Below, piece by piece: positions 18,246-27,611 of a DNA stretch of 64,000 nucleotides. The stretch comes from Betaproteobacteria bacterium (lineage in GTDB: Bacteria; Pseudomonadota; Gammaproteobacteria; Burkholderiales; SG8-39): contig CANIIA010000001.1 of NCBI GenBank assembly GCA_947467435.1, positions 53,400 through 117,399 on the forward strand, written 5' to 3'. The notes under the pieces were generated by a model, which saw nothing but the letters and a program-made list of their open reading frames with translations, had not been told where the DNA came from and made no database searches. The first letter of the stretch is position 1. Each line of letters starts with the position of its first letter. A program made the translations under genes and the position numbers.

Positions 18246-19511
18246 TTATCGAAAGCGCCGCGGGTCAAACGGGGCGATATCGATGTCCAGCTTTGCGCCC
18301 GAAATTAATTGCGCCACCAAGCGACCCGTACGCGCCGAACTACCCAAACCAACGTGACCATGTCCAAATGCATGCACGACATCGCGACTGGCTTGCGCAT
18401 GACCGATACATGGCAGGCCATCTGGCAGACTGGGGCGATGGCCCATCCAATAACGTAGTTGTGATTGCGCCGGTGCCTGCGGCAGCCCCGGATACATGGT
18501 CAGCAGTAAGTCACGCAAAATATGCGCGCGTGCCCAATTCGGTGAAGCATCTAAGCCGGCGATTTCAACCTGTCCAGCTACGCGTAATCCCGTCTCAGTG
18601 GCATTGACGATGATCTTGCAATCCATGGCCATGGTCGAGGTGCGCGGTCCGATGGTGGTGTCGGTGATCACCGCGTGATAACCACGTTCGGTTTCTAACG
18701 GCACCGGATCGCCCGCTGCTGCAGCCAATGCTTGAGCGCGCGCGCCCGCACAAATTACTGCGTAATCACATGCAATGCGTCCGGCTTCCGTACGCACGGC
18801 TTTTAAGCGTGCGTCGACGATTTCGAAACCAAGGGCGCGCGTACGTTGTAATTCGGCGCCACGCACCAAGGCCGCGTCGACTAAGGCCGCGGTGTACGCG
18901 CCCACGTTGCGACAGCGTCCGGCTTCTGCCACCCACACACCAAAGGTATAGCGTGGGTGTAAATCCGGTTCTTGTGCACGCAGCGTATCGGTGTCCCATT
19001 CGGTCAGCGCAATGCCTGCATCACGACGTAATTTCCAACCAAAGGCGTCTGCCAGATAGTCTGCGCGTGAACGATACGCATGCAATAGACCGTGTTGTTC
19101 AACCAAGTGCGAGACCTCGGCTTCGCGCGCTAAGCGTGCATGCAACGCTGGCGCATCAAACAACATACTGCGTAAGGCGCGCGCTGTGGTTTCAACACGC
19201 GCTTGCGTGGCCCCCGAATACAAGTAGCGTGTAAGCCAAGGCAAGGCACGCGGCAAATACGTCGCACGCACTGCCAATGGCCCGAGTGGATCAGTTAAGT
19301 AACTGGGAATGTGTTTCCACGCGCCAGGCATGGCAGGTGGTGAAACTGAATGCGAAGACAACCACCCTGCGTTACCGTAACTTGCCGCTTGTTCACCACC
19401 GGGTTCGGCCGGATCAATCAGCGTGACCCGATACCCAGCACGTAAAAGTTCAAGCGCACTGGCGGCCCCGACCACCCCCGCCCCAATCACTGCGACATGT
19501 CGTCCACTCAT
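18246..19511 (-). CDS. FAD-dependent oxidoreductase (DadA / D-amino-acid dehydrogenase-like)
   Basis: ATG 19511 follows AGGAGA. The dinucleotide fold HVAVIGAGVVGAASALELLRAGYRVTLID is present and the length is about 421 aa. Confidence 0.8.
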   Translation of the reverse strand: MSGRHVAVIGAGVVGAASALELLRAGYRVTLIDPAEPGGEQAASYGNAGWLSSHSVSPPAMPGAWKHIPSYLTDPLGPLAVRATYLPRALPWLTRYLYSGATQARVETTARALRSMLFDAPALHARLAREAEVSHLVEQHGLLHAYRSRADYLADAFGWKLRRDAGIALTEWDTDTLRAQEPDLHPRYTFGVWVAEAGRCRNVGAYTAALVDAALVRGAELQRTRALGFEIVDARLKAVRTEAGRIACDYAVICAGARAQALAAAAGDPVPLETERGYHAVITDTTIGPRTSTMAMDCKIIVNATETGLRVAGQVEIAGLDASPNWARAHILRDLLLTMYPGLPQAPAQSQLRYWMGHRPSLPDGLPCIGHAQASRDVVHAFGHGHVGLGSSARTGRLVAQLISGAKLDIDIAPFDPRRFR

Positions 19512-19602
19512 CGTTGATCTCCTACCCGCCGTGATTTGCACGTCGACGCAAACAACGCAGGGGGGGTTTTCATCACACCGCACGCGGTGATTTACGCAAC
19601 AC

Positions 19603-20799
19603 TTAGGGCCGGTGAATCAATAGCCCCTTCAAGTAATCACCCTCTGGAAAGGCCAATCGTACGGGATGATCTGCGGCAGCAGCGAAATGCCCAATGATTT
19701 GGGCATCCACTTCAGCGTCGACCGCGGCACCTGCCAAAATTTTTTGAAATAAGCCTGCATCCACACCACCCGAACACGAAAAACTCGCCAACAAACCACC
19801 GGGCGCAAGCAACTTCAAGGCCAATAAATTAATGTCTTTGTAAGCGCGCGCTGCACGTTCGGTTTGCGCAGCAGTAGGCGCAAATTTGGGTGGGTCGAGC
19901 ACGATCAGGTCAAAGCGCTCGTGGCGATTGCGCAGCTCACGCAACTGCGCAAACACATCGGCTTGCGTAAACGTCACACGCTCGGCACAAGCGTTGCGTT
20001 GTGCGTTTTCACGCGCGGTGTGCAGTGCAAGCTCAGAGCTATCTAAGGCCAACACCGATTGGGCATCACCCGCTGCCGCCGCCAATGCAAACCCCCCGGT
20101 GTAACAAAAACAATCCAGCACACGACGACCATTAGCCAAGGCACGGATGCGCTGACGGTTATCGCGTTGATCTAAATAAAAACCAGTTTTCTGGCCGCCC
20201 ACCACATCGACATGAAACTGCAGGCCATGCTCATGAATCGGCGCGTGCCATACCATGTGATCGTTTGCACGCACGGCGCCGACACGTTGCGGCAGTCCTT
20301 CGAGCGCACGCACCTCAGCATCTGAGCGTTCATAGACCGACGCGCCCGTTTGCAGATGCAACGCATCAAACACCGCTTCACGCCAACGCTCCATACCAGC
20401 CGAAAGAATTTGCACGACAACAATGTCGGCGTAACGATCGACAATCAATCCAGGTAAGCCATCGGATTCGCCGTGCACCAAGCGCTGCGCGTTCGTGTGT
20501 GTCGGTGCGAGTTCAGGTAGCTTGGTACGCAACGCAATCGCCGCTTCAATTTGCGCGTGAATAAACGCTGCATCGATCACCGTATCGGTTGCAAAGCTCC
20601 ACACGCGCGCACGAATTTGCGACGACGCGCTCCATGCTGCCAACGCGAGGGCTTCACCTTCTGCACTTTCGATGCACACCGTTTCACCCGACTGCGGTGT
20701 ACCGCTTGCTTGCGCAATCGCCCCAGAAAAAATCCACGGATGACCACGTCGCAACGATTTATCGCGTCCTGGTTTTAAACGTACGCGCGTTTGTTTCAT
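19603..20799 (-). CDS. rlmI: 23S rRNA m5C1962 methyltransferase RlmI-like (PUA + class I SAM MTase)
   Basis: From ATG 20799: MKQTRVRLKPGRDKSLRRGHPWIFSGAI..., then VLDCFCYTGGFAL and DLIVLDPPKF. There is an ATGA overlap with the upstream chrA-like stop. Confidence 0.85.
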   Translation of the reverse strand: MKQTRVRLKPGRDKSLRRGHPWIFSGAIAQASGTPQSGETVCIESAEGEALALAAWSASSQIRARVWSFATDTVIDAAFIHAQIEAAIALRTKLPELAPTHTNAQRLVHGESDGLPGLIVDRYADIVVVQILSAGMERWREAVFDALHLQTGASVYERSDAEVRALEGLPQRVGAVRANDHMVWHAPIHEHGLQFHVDVVGGQKTGFYLDQRDNRQRIRALANGRRVLDCFCYTGGFALAAAAGDAQSVLALDSSELALHTARENAQRNACAERVTFTQADVFAQLRELRNRHERFDLIVLDPPKFAPTAAQTERAARAYKDINLLALKLLAPGGLLASFSCSGGVDAGLFQKILAGAAVDAEVDAQIIGHFAAAADHPVRLAFPEGDYLKGLLIHRP

Positions 20800-21320
20800 A
20801 CCCAACCCACGGCACCCAATGCCGCGCCAAGCGCGATCATCCATAACGGATGTAAGCGCGTGCGCCACGAAATCAATGCAGCTGCAATCGTTAAGATCAG
20901 CGCAATGGTATTGATATCTGCAGTGCGCGCGAGCAACACACCGGCAGAACCAAGCAACCCGGCAGCAATAGGCGCCAAGCCGTTATCTAATATCTCGCGT
21001 AAGGATTGCCCACGCGAACTGGCTAAAAATCGATCTGCACAAAACATCAAAATGCATGACGGCACAATCATGCACAACGTGCTCACGATCGCACCAGCCA
21101 CACCGGCCACTTGCCAACCAAGCGCACTCACCACCAACACATTGGGTCCGGGGGCAGCTTGCGCCAAGGCATAGAGCTGCGCAAATTGTTCGCTCCGCAT
21201 CCAACCATGCACTTCGACCAAATTACGATGCATTTCGGGAAGCAACGTGGCGGCACCGCCCACCGACAGCAGCGAGAGCATTAAAAAATCCAGCGCCAAT
21301 ATCGACAGTCGATCGTTCAT
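20796..21320 (-). CDS. short-chain chromate transporter (CHR family), second of a pair
   Basis: About 174 aa and hydrophobic. LLSVGGAATLLPEMHRNLVEVHGWM..FAQLYALAQAAPGPN is the CHR-domain signature. ATGA overlap with the upstream partner. Confidence 0.8.
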   Translation of the reverse strand: MNDRLSILALDFLMLSLLSVGGAATLLPEMHRNLVEVHGWMRSEQFAQLYALAQAAPGPNVLVVSALGWQVAGVAGAIVSTLCMIVPSCILMFCADRFLASSRGQSLREILDNGLAPIAAGLLGSAGVLLARTADINTIALILTIAAALISWRTRLHPLWMIALGAALGAVGWV

Positions 21321-21910
21321 GTGGGCAGCGGCGATTTTTTTGTGCGCTGTGACCACCACGCACTAACAATCGATAAAGGCGCGGCGATTAATAACACCGG
21401 CACAGAAGACACGCGCATCCCACTGACTGCAACAAATGCTGCCACACCAAACAAGGCACGCCACGAACGCATGCGCGGTGAGGCCGTCATACGTAACGCG
21501 GTGCCAATAATGAGTCCTGCAGACACTGCAGCCACACCTCGTAGCGCGCCAGCAACCTCGGGTGTGCTTGCAAAACTGGCGTAAAACACGCACAACACCA
21601 TCATCAGCATAAAGGGCACAAGCATTAAGCCACCTAAAGCCGCAAACACGCCACGTATACCAAACCAACGCGCACCCAAACTCACACCGACGTTAACGAT
21701 ATTGGGTCCAGGTAACGCTTGTGAGCGCGCCAACACATCGGTAAATGCATCCATGGTGAGCCAACGCCGTTTTTCAACAAGCGCGTGACGCGCCACCGGC
21801 AACACACCGCCAAACCCCTGCAACGCTAATTGCATAAAAGCTAAAAACAACACGCCTGGGGATGATGGTCCAGACGCAGGAGATGTGCTCGATGGATGTT
21901 CGGTTTGCAT
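21317..21910 (-). CDS. short-chain chromate transporter (CHR family), first of a pair
   Basis: 197 aa. FGGVLPVARHALVEKRRWLTMDAFTDVLARSQALPGPNIVN is the CHR signature. Confidence 0.8.
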   Translation of the reverse strand: MQTEHPSSTSPASGPSSPGVLFLAFMQLALQGFGGVLPVARHALVEKRRWLTMDAFTDVLARSQALPGPNIVNVGVSLGARWFGIRGVFAALGGLMLVPFMLMMVLCVFYASFASTPEVAGALRGVAAVSAGLIIGTALRMTASPRMRSWRALFGVAAFVAVSGMRVSSVPVLLIAAPLSIVSAWWSQRTKKSPLPT

Positions 21911-21966
21911 GACGTGAGTGTGCAGCCTGAATGATTGATCTGGCGTTCCGTTGGGGTGCGCTACGT

Positions 21967-22896
21967 TTACTTGCGCTTCGCGCGTGGGTGAGCAGCGTCA
22001 TACACCTTCGCTAAGGCTTGAAAATCTAGGTGCGTATAAATTTGCGTGGTCGCAATACTGGCGTGGCCAAGTAACTCTTGCACCGCACGTAGATCTTGTG
22101 ATGATTGCAAGACGTGCGATGCAAATGAATGACGCAGTACATGCGGATGCACACCATGATGCAGCTGACGCTGACGCGCCCAAGCGTTTAACCGCACCGC
22201 TAACGCCGAGGCATGCAAGCGATGTCCGCGCGCGCCGACAAATAACGCCGGTTCATCCGGTGCGGCGAGCTGTTCACGCACACCTAACCAAGCGCGTAAG
22301 GCCGTACAGGCGGGCGCTCCAACCGGGATGGTGCGCGAACGTTGTCCTTTACCCGTCACCGTTATTTCACCGGCCTGCAAATCGAGTCGCCCGTCATTGA
22401 CGTTTAACGCCAACAGTTCTGCGCGACGCAGTCCCGAGGAATACAGCAGTTCAAACATCGCGCGATCGCGAATGAGCGCAGCATCGGGTGGCGAAGCGTC
22501 TGGTGAGGATGATTCAGTCAATAGTTGCTGCGCAGCTTCGACAGACAACGCCTTAGGTAAGCCGCGCGCCGCTTTTGGCGCACGCACACCGAGCACTGGA
22601 TTGTGCTCAAGACCATGATGCCGATTTAGCCAACGAAATAAACTGCGCCACGCTGATAATTCAAGGGCCAGGGCCCGCGGGGATAACCCCTGTGCATGTA
22701 ACCGCGCCACAAAACGCCGCACTTGAACGGCGGTCAGACTAGACAATGCCGCTCCCGCCATCAGTTGCGTAAGTCGTGTGGCAGCGTGCGCGTAATTGCG
22801 TAGCGTTGGCGCAGCAAGGCGTCGTTGGTGACGCAACGACGCAAGCCATGCATCAATCAATGGCTGCGTGCTCGGGCCGGTCAGTTGCGCGGCCAT
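21967..22896 (-). CDS. xerC: tyrosine recombinase XerC
   Basis: 309 aa with catalytic residues in context (..ARGHRL.., HVLRHSFASHVL, LLGHASIATTQIYTHL). It follows dapF-DUF484, the conserved housekeeping arrangement. Confidence 0.9.
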   Translation of the reverse strand: MAAQLTGPSTQPLIDAWLASLRHQRRLAAPTLRNYAHAATRLTQLMAGAALSSLTAVQVRRFVARLHAQGLSPRALALELSAWRSLFRWLNRHHGLEHNPVLGVRAPKAARGLPKALSVEAAQQLLTESSSPDASPPDAALIRDRAMFELLYSSGLRRAELLALNVNDGRLDLQAGEITVTGKGQRSRTIPVGAPACTALRAWLGVREQLAAPDEPALFVGARGHRLHASALAVRLNAWARQRQLHHGVHPHVLRHSFASHVLQSSQDLRAVQELLGHASIATTQIYTHLDFQALAKVYDAAHPRAKRK

Positions 22897-22904
22897 TGGT
22901 TGTC

Positions 22905-23615
22905 TTACAAGCGCACGGCGAGCGCAGCGCCTAGCAGTTCACCGATACGACGCAGATACAACATGCCCATCGCCGAATGAAAGCGCTGATCGTCTTCGCT
23001 GGCCAGCAACAACACACCGAACGTGTTGGTTGTACCCAGCGGCACCACCGCCATCGACGCCAGGGTCTGAGCTTGATCGCCAAACACCGTGCGCAACGGA
23101 TTGTTGGCACTCGGGCCGCACTGCGGCCCACCGATGGTATCGATGTAGGCGCGTTGTTCGTCATTACATGCAATCGCCTCCGGTGCACCAACTGGAAGAT
23201 CACGTCCCCACAAACGCAGCGCCACGTGTTCGACCACAAAATCCTCATGCATTTGTTGATACAACACGCGCACCGCGGCTGAATAATCATCGGCCGCGAG
23301 GAGCGACACCGCCAAGCGATGCACCTTGTCGCTGATCGCGTCGTTTTCTTCGCCAAAGCTAATCAGCTCGCCGAGCTTGCCTTCTAAAACGCGCGTTTTG
23401 TCGCGCAGCGCGAGTGTTTGTCGTTCAGCCAATGAAATCGCGCTACCGGTATGCGGATGGGGTACGCGCACCGCTTCTAAAAGCGCCGGATTTTCGGCAA
23501 AGAACGTCGAAAGAAACTTAGGGTGCTCGATTAAATAGCGAGCGATATCGTCAGAGTTCAATGGATCCCTCAAAAACAGTGGCCGCTGGGCCGGTAAGTA
23601 AGACTGGATTGTCAC
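22905..23615 (-). CDS. DUF484 family protein
   Basis: Positioned between dapF and xerC with a GAF-like C-terminal half. ATG 23615 overlaps dapF by 65 nt. The in-frame TTG at 23561 ([17 protein letters not shown]) may be the true start. Confidence 0.7.
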   Translation of the reverse strand: MTIQSYLPAQRPLFLRDPLNSDDIARYLIEHPKFLSTFFAENPALLEAVRVPHPHTGSAISLAERQTLALRDKTRVLEGKLGELISFGEENDAISDKVHRLAVSLLAADDYSAAVRVLYQQMHEDFVVEHVALRLWGRDLPVGAPEAIACNDEQRAYIDTIGGPQCGPSANNPLRTVFGDQAQTLASMAVVPLGTTNTFGVLLLASEDDQRFHSAMGMLYLRRIGELLGAALAVRL

Positions 23616-24396
23616 CGCCTGCCCATTGAATGGTCAAACGCCCGCCGCGGGTATCGACTTGCACCGGTGAATCGAGGTGTCCTAGGCGTATCCCAGCCAC
23701 CGCCGCGGCACAAGCACCCGTGCCACAGGACAGCGTCTCGCCGGCACCGCGTTCGAAGACGCGCAAACGCAGATGGTTGCGGTTCACAATTTGCATAAAG
23801 CCCACATTCACCCGCCGTGTAAACTGCGCGTGATGTTCCATTTGCGGCCCGTGGCTGGCCACAGGCGCGGTCTCGACATCGGCCACCACGCACACGGCAT
23901 GCGGGTTACCCATCGACAACACCGAGACCTCGACACGATCGCCCGAATCCAGCGTTAAGCGATGCAGCAACGCGTGTGCATCGGCTGCATCAGCAGGCTG
24001 GAAAGGGATGCGCGTCACATCAAACACCGGGGCACCCATATTGACGGTCACTTGACCGTCGTCTTCGCGTCGTAATGTGATCAGTCCACTGAGTGTTTCA
24101 ACGCGAATTTCGCGCTGCTGAGTGAAGCCGCGATCGAACACAAACTTTACAAAGCAGCGTGCGCCGTTGCCGCATTGTTCGACTTCGCCACCATCAGCAT
24201 TAAAAATACGATACCGAAAATCGGCTGCACTCTGCGCGCGTTCAACCACCAAAATTTGATCGCAGCCCACACCGACATGCCGATCGGCCAGCCGACGCAG
24301 TTGTGCTGCGCTGAGGGTAAATGGTGTAACAGTGGCATCGATCACCACGAAATCATTTCCAGCGCCGTGCATTTTGGTGAAAGCAATTTTCATCAA
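23551..24396 (-). CDS. dapF: diaminopimelate epimerase
   Basis: [20 protein letters not shown]..., with catalytic Cys contexts EQCGNGARC and SCGTGACA. Confidence 0.95.
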   Translation of the reverse strand: MMKIAFTKMHGAGNDFVVIDATVTPFTLSAAQLRRLADRHVGVGCDQILVVERAQSAADFRYRIFNADGGEVEQCGNGARCFVKFVFDRGFTQQREIRVETLSGLITLRREDDGQVTVNMGAPVFDVTRIPFQPADAADAHALLHRLTLDSGDRVEVSVLSMGNPHAVCVVADVETAPVASHGPQMEHHAQFTRRVNVGFMQIVNRNHLRLRVFERGAGETLSCGTGACAAAVAGIRLGHLDSPVQVDTRGGRLTIQWAGGDNPVLLTGPAATVFEGSIEL

Positions 24397-24422
24397 TAGA
24401 TTCTAGCTGAGCTGCGTGCTGA

Positions 24423-25298
24423 TCAGTCCTTGGGGTAAAACGATGGCATGCCTGGTGGGCGTGTTTTAAAGCGTTTGTGCAACCAAAAATATTGCGCTGG
24501 CATTTGGCGTACTTGCGCCTCGATAAAGGCATTCACACGTTGCGTGTCAGTGGCCACATCGGTGCCCGGAAAGTCGCGCCACGCGGGTAAGAGTTGCGCA
24601 ACATAACCCTCACCACCGGGCTGCATCTTGGCCACGCACGGCAACACCACGGCCTTGGTGACGCGCGCAATCCGAGAAACGCCTGTGACAGTTGCCGCTG
24701 GGACACCAAAAAACGGCACAAAAATCGCATCGCGCGGACCGAAGTCCAAATCAGGCAAGTAGTAAAACGGCAGGCCTTCGCCCATGGCACGCAACACCGC
24801 ACGTACGCCGTCTTGACGTGACAATAATCGCTGTTGCCCAAAGCGCGTGCGTCCAGCAAGCAACAACGCGTCATAACGTGGATTTTTTTGATGCGCATAC
24901 ATCGACGCAAAATTTCCGGTGCAACTCAGTCGTGCAAACGCCGCATCCAACCCAACAAAATGGGGCGCCAAAATAATCACCGGACGACCAGCACATGCTT
25001 CTAAATGTTCGAGTCCCTCAAGCTGCACCAATTGTTCAATCCGCGCTTTTGGTGCCCACCACCACAACGCATGTTCGATAAAACTGCGCGCAAAGGCACG
25101 AAAATGTTCGCGCGCCAGTTGCTCGCGTGCTTGCGCTGACATCTCAGGAAAACACAACGACAAATTAATTTGCGTGACCCGACGACGCTCAGGAATCAAC
25201 CACCATAAGGCATCACCCACCCATGCACCCAACCGCGCCAACACCGATAACGGTAAACGGTGCACCAACCACATCGCCATAAAAATAAACGCGCTCAT
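24423..25298 (-). CDS. lipid A biosynthesis late acyltransferase (LpxL/HtrB family), copy 2
   Basis: From ATG 25298 (ATGA overlap with the upstream paralogue): ..RRRVTQINLSLCFPEMS...ILAPHFVGLD..., with a YFWLHKRFK tail typical of LpxL/LpxM. Confidence 0.8.
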   Translation of the reverse strand: MSAFIFMAMWLVHRLPLSVLARLGAWVGDALWWLIPERRRVTQINLSLCFPEMSAQAREQLAREHFRAFARSFIEHALWWWAPKARIEQLVQLEGLEHLEACAGRPVIILAPHFVGLDAAFARLSCTGNFASMYAHQKNPRYDALLLAGRTRFGQQRLLSRQDGVRAVLRAMGEGLPFYYLPDLDFGPRDAIFVPFFGVPAATVTGVSRIARVTKAVVLPCVAKMQPGGEGYVAQLLPAWRDFPGTDVATDTQRVNAFIEAQVRQMPAQYFWLHKRFKTRPPGMPSFYPKD

Positions 25299-26164
25299 TG
25301 GCTGTGTTGTTGCCCAACGGTGGCTTGTGGTTCGGAGGCCCGCGCCGGTACTTTGTAGCGGTTGTAGCCCCACAGATACTGGCCAGGACAGGTCCGAATT
25401 AAGTCCTCGAGTGCTTGATTGAGTTGTTGGGCAGGTGAGGCATCGTTTTTGGGCGGCGCGTATGGGCGAATGGAGAGCACGTAACCGCGGCCCCACGACA
25501 AACGTCGCGCAAATGCAATCAAACAAACGGTTCCTTCACGCGCGGCCAAGCGCGGCGCCAACGTCATGGTGTATGCCGGTCGACCAAAAAAATCAGCCCA
25601 TACGCCCTCGCCCTCACCAGGCACTTGATCCGGCAAGATGCCAATCGCTTCTCGACGTTTGAGTGCCGCCAATAATTCGCGAACACCCGTGCGGTCTGCG
25701 GTGGCCAGATGCACGCCTTGTCGAGCACGGCCGGCGCGCATGGCGGTTTCTAACCAACGCAAACGAGGTGCGCGATACAAAATCGCCATCGGAAAGTGAA
25801 ATGTGCCGTATTGCGCACTGATCTCAAAACACCCCAAGTGTGGCGTCAGAAACACGATACTTTGACCGGCAGCTTGCGCTTGCGTGACGTGATCCCAGCC
25901 CTCAACAGCGCGGATTAATTTGATGACCGATGGATGAGGTCGTAGCCATAACGCGGGCAATTCGGTGAGCATGCAACCGGCCGACGTAATCGCTGCATGA
26001 CGCACACGTTGATCGTCGCCGTAACCGGCTTGCGCGAGATTGTCGCGTAAATGACGGCGATAACGCGCTGATGCGCCATACATTGTCCAACCGAGCATCG
26101 CACCGACCGCATGCAATACGGGCAATGGAACATAGGCCAGCAGACGCAACAAAAAAAGCATCAA
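25295..26164 (-). CDS. lipid A biosynthesis late acyltransferase (LpxL/HtrB family), copy 1
   Basis: 289 aa. [15 protein letters not shown]...[11 protein letters not shown]...ILPDQVP...YLWGYNRYK, the same family as the downstream copy. Confidence 0.8.
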   Translation of the reverse strand: MMLFLLRLLAYVPLPVLHAVGAMLGWTMYGASARYRRHLRDNLAQAGYGDDQRVRHAAITSAGCMLTELPALWLRPHPSVIKLIRAVEGWDHVTQAQAAGQSIVFLTPHLGCFEISAQYGTFHFPMAILYRAPRLRWLETAMRAGRARQGVHLATADRTGVRELLAALKRREAIGILPDQVPGEGEGVWADFFGRPAYTMTLAPRLAAREGTVCLIAFARRLSWGRGYVLSIRPYAPPKNDASPAQQLNQALEDLIRTCPGQYLWGYNRYKVPARASEPQATVGQQHSQ

Positions 26165-26316
26165 ACGATCAAGCTTTCATCCGACGCAACACGAATCGGC
26201 AAGAGTGGGAAGTCACGGCAAGCTCTGCTATCCTTGCAAACCTTAATGAGCGCGCGCCATTGGTTTGGTCTTTGGTGTGCGCCCACTTCGTCCACCTCAA
26301 CAGTAGGCAGCCACGC

Positions 26317-27477
26317 ATGAGCGAATATCTTTTTACCTCCGAGTCGGTCTCGGAAGGCCATCCCGATAAAGTTGCAGACGCAATTTCCGACGCGGTTCTT
26401 GATGCAATTCTAGCCCAGGACCCGCGTTCGCGCGTGGCAGCCGAAACGCTGGTCAAAGACAATCTCGTGGTCTTGGCCGGTGAAATCACGACCGGCGCAA
26501 AAAATTTAGATTTTCGCGACATCGCGCGCAAAACCATTCGACGTATTGGTTACACCGATCCGGCAATTGGATTTGATGCCGGCACGTGTACCGTCTTAGT
26601 GGCCTATGGCGAACAATCACAACACATCGCCCAAGGCGTGAACGAAGGCAGTGGCTTGGATCTCGATCAAGGCGCGGGTGACCAAGGCTTAATGTTTGGT
26701 TACGCATGTGACGAAACACCCGGACTGATGCCGATGGCGATTTATTTGTCACATCGCTTGGTCGAGCGTCAATCCGAAGTGCGTCGCGATGGCCGTTTAA
26801 AATGGCTGCGTCCAGATGCAAAATCGCAGGTCACGATCCGCTACGTGAATGGCAAACCTGATTCCATCGACACGGTGGTGCTCTCTACCCAGCACGGCCC
26901 CGGTCTAACGCACAAACAAATCGAAGAAGCGGTGATTGAGCAAATCATCCAGCCCGTGCTACCCAAAGAGCTGATCAAAGGCAAAATTAATTATTTAGTG
27001 AACCCCACCGGTGCGTTTGAAATCGGCGGTCCGAGCGGCGATTGCGGCCTCACCGGTCGCAAGATCATTGTCGACACGTATGGTGGTTCAGCACCGCACG
27101 GTGGTGGCGCGTTCTCGGGTAAAGACCCTTCAAAGGTCGACCGCTCAGCGGCCTACGCTGCGCGCTATGTCGCCAAAAATATTGTGGCCGCTGGTTTAGC
27201 CAAAGAATGTCTGGTGCAAGTCAGCTACGCCATTGGTGTGGCCAAACCCACCAGCGTGATGGTCACCACCAAAGGCACCGGAAAAATTTCGGACGAAAAA
27301 CTCTCGCAACTGGTGCAAACGCATTTTGATTTGCGTCCCAAAGGCATCGTTCAAATGCTCAACCTATTGCGTCCGATCTATGAAAAGACCTCGGCCTATG
27401 GCCACTTTGGGCGTGATGAGCCTGAGTTCACTTGGGAAGCCATCGACAAAGCTGCGGCGCTGAAATCAGCGGCATAA
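26317..27477 (+). CDS. metK: S-adenosylmethionine synthetase
   Basis: From ATG 26317: [32 protein letters not shown]..., then [12 protein letters not shown] and [19 protein letters not shown]. Confidence 0.97.
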   Translation: MSEYLFTSESVSEGHPDKVADAISDAVLDAILAQDPRSRVAAETLVKDNLVVLAGEITTGAKNLDFRDIARKTIRRIGYTDPAIGFDAGTCTVLVAYGEQSQHIAQGVNEGSGLDLDQGAGDQGLMFGYACDETPGLMPMAIYLSHRLVERQSEVRRDGRLKWLRPDAKSQVTIRYVNGKPDSIDTVVLSTQHGPGLTHKQIEEAVIEQIIQPVLPKELIKGKINYLVNPTGAFEIGGPSGDCGLTGRKIIVDTYGGSAPHGGGAFSGKDPSKVDRSAAYAARYVAKNIVAAGLAKECLVQVSYAIGVAKPTSVMVTTKGTGKISDEKLSQLVQTHFDLRPKGIVQMLNLLRPIYEKTSAYGHFGRDEPEFTWEAIDKAAALKSAA

Positions 27478-27550
27478 CTTGTGTGTCATCGCGGTTGCGT
27501 AACACCACGTGCTGCCGCAAAAAAAATCCGCAACGCTGTTGACTTTGACA

Positions 27551-27584
27551 AAACGCCCAGCCAGTCTGGGCGTTTTGTTTATTT
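27551..27584. terminator. bidirectional intrinsic terminator between metK and the DUF1116 gene
   Basis: AAA-CGCCCAG ccagt CTGGGCG-TTTTGTTTATTT. An A-tract precedes the stem and a T-tract follows it, so a U-run follows the hairpin on both strands. Confidence 0.7.
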
Positions 27585-27611
27585 GGCGACAAAAAAGCGT
27601 TCGATCGCGCC

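Noticed and set aside
20796-21910. Chromate-resistance island or mobile accessory element.
   Set aside because: There is no chrB/chrC/chrF, transposase or repeat boundary. The genes are translationally coupled to core genes (rlmI) and show no obvious compositional break by eye.
21967-22896. Tyrosine recombinase as the integrase of a genomic island or prophage.
   Set aside because: It sits in the conserved housekeeping dapF-DUF484-xerC arrangement. It has XerC-type motifs, with no flanking direct repeats, no tRNA target and no phage or IS genes.
26165-26316. Possible SAM riboswitch (SAM-II/V or SAM/SAH) upstream of metK.
   Set aside because: No AAAGCU-type pseudoknot core or other class-specific conserved blocks were seen, only a generic hairpin, which is reported separately at low interest.
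27539-27553. TTGAC-TTTGACAAAA next to the metK terminator, resembling the TTGACAAAA repeats of the 32.8-kb control region.
   Set aside because: It lies at the 3' ends of two convergent genes and forms the A-tract of the bidirectional terminator. A single occurrence does not support a shared operator.
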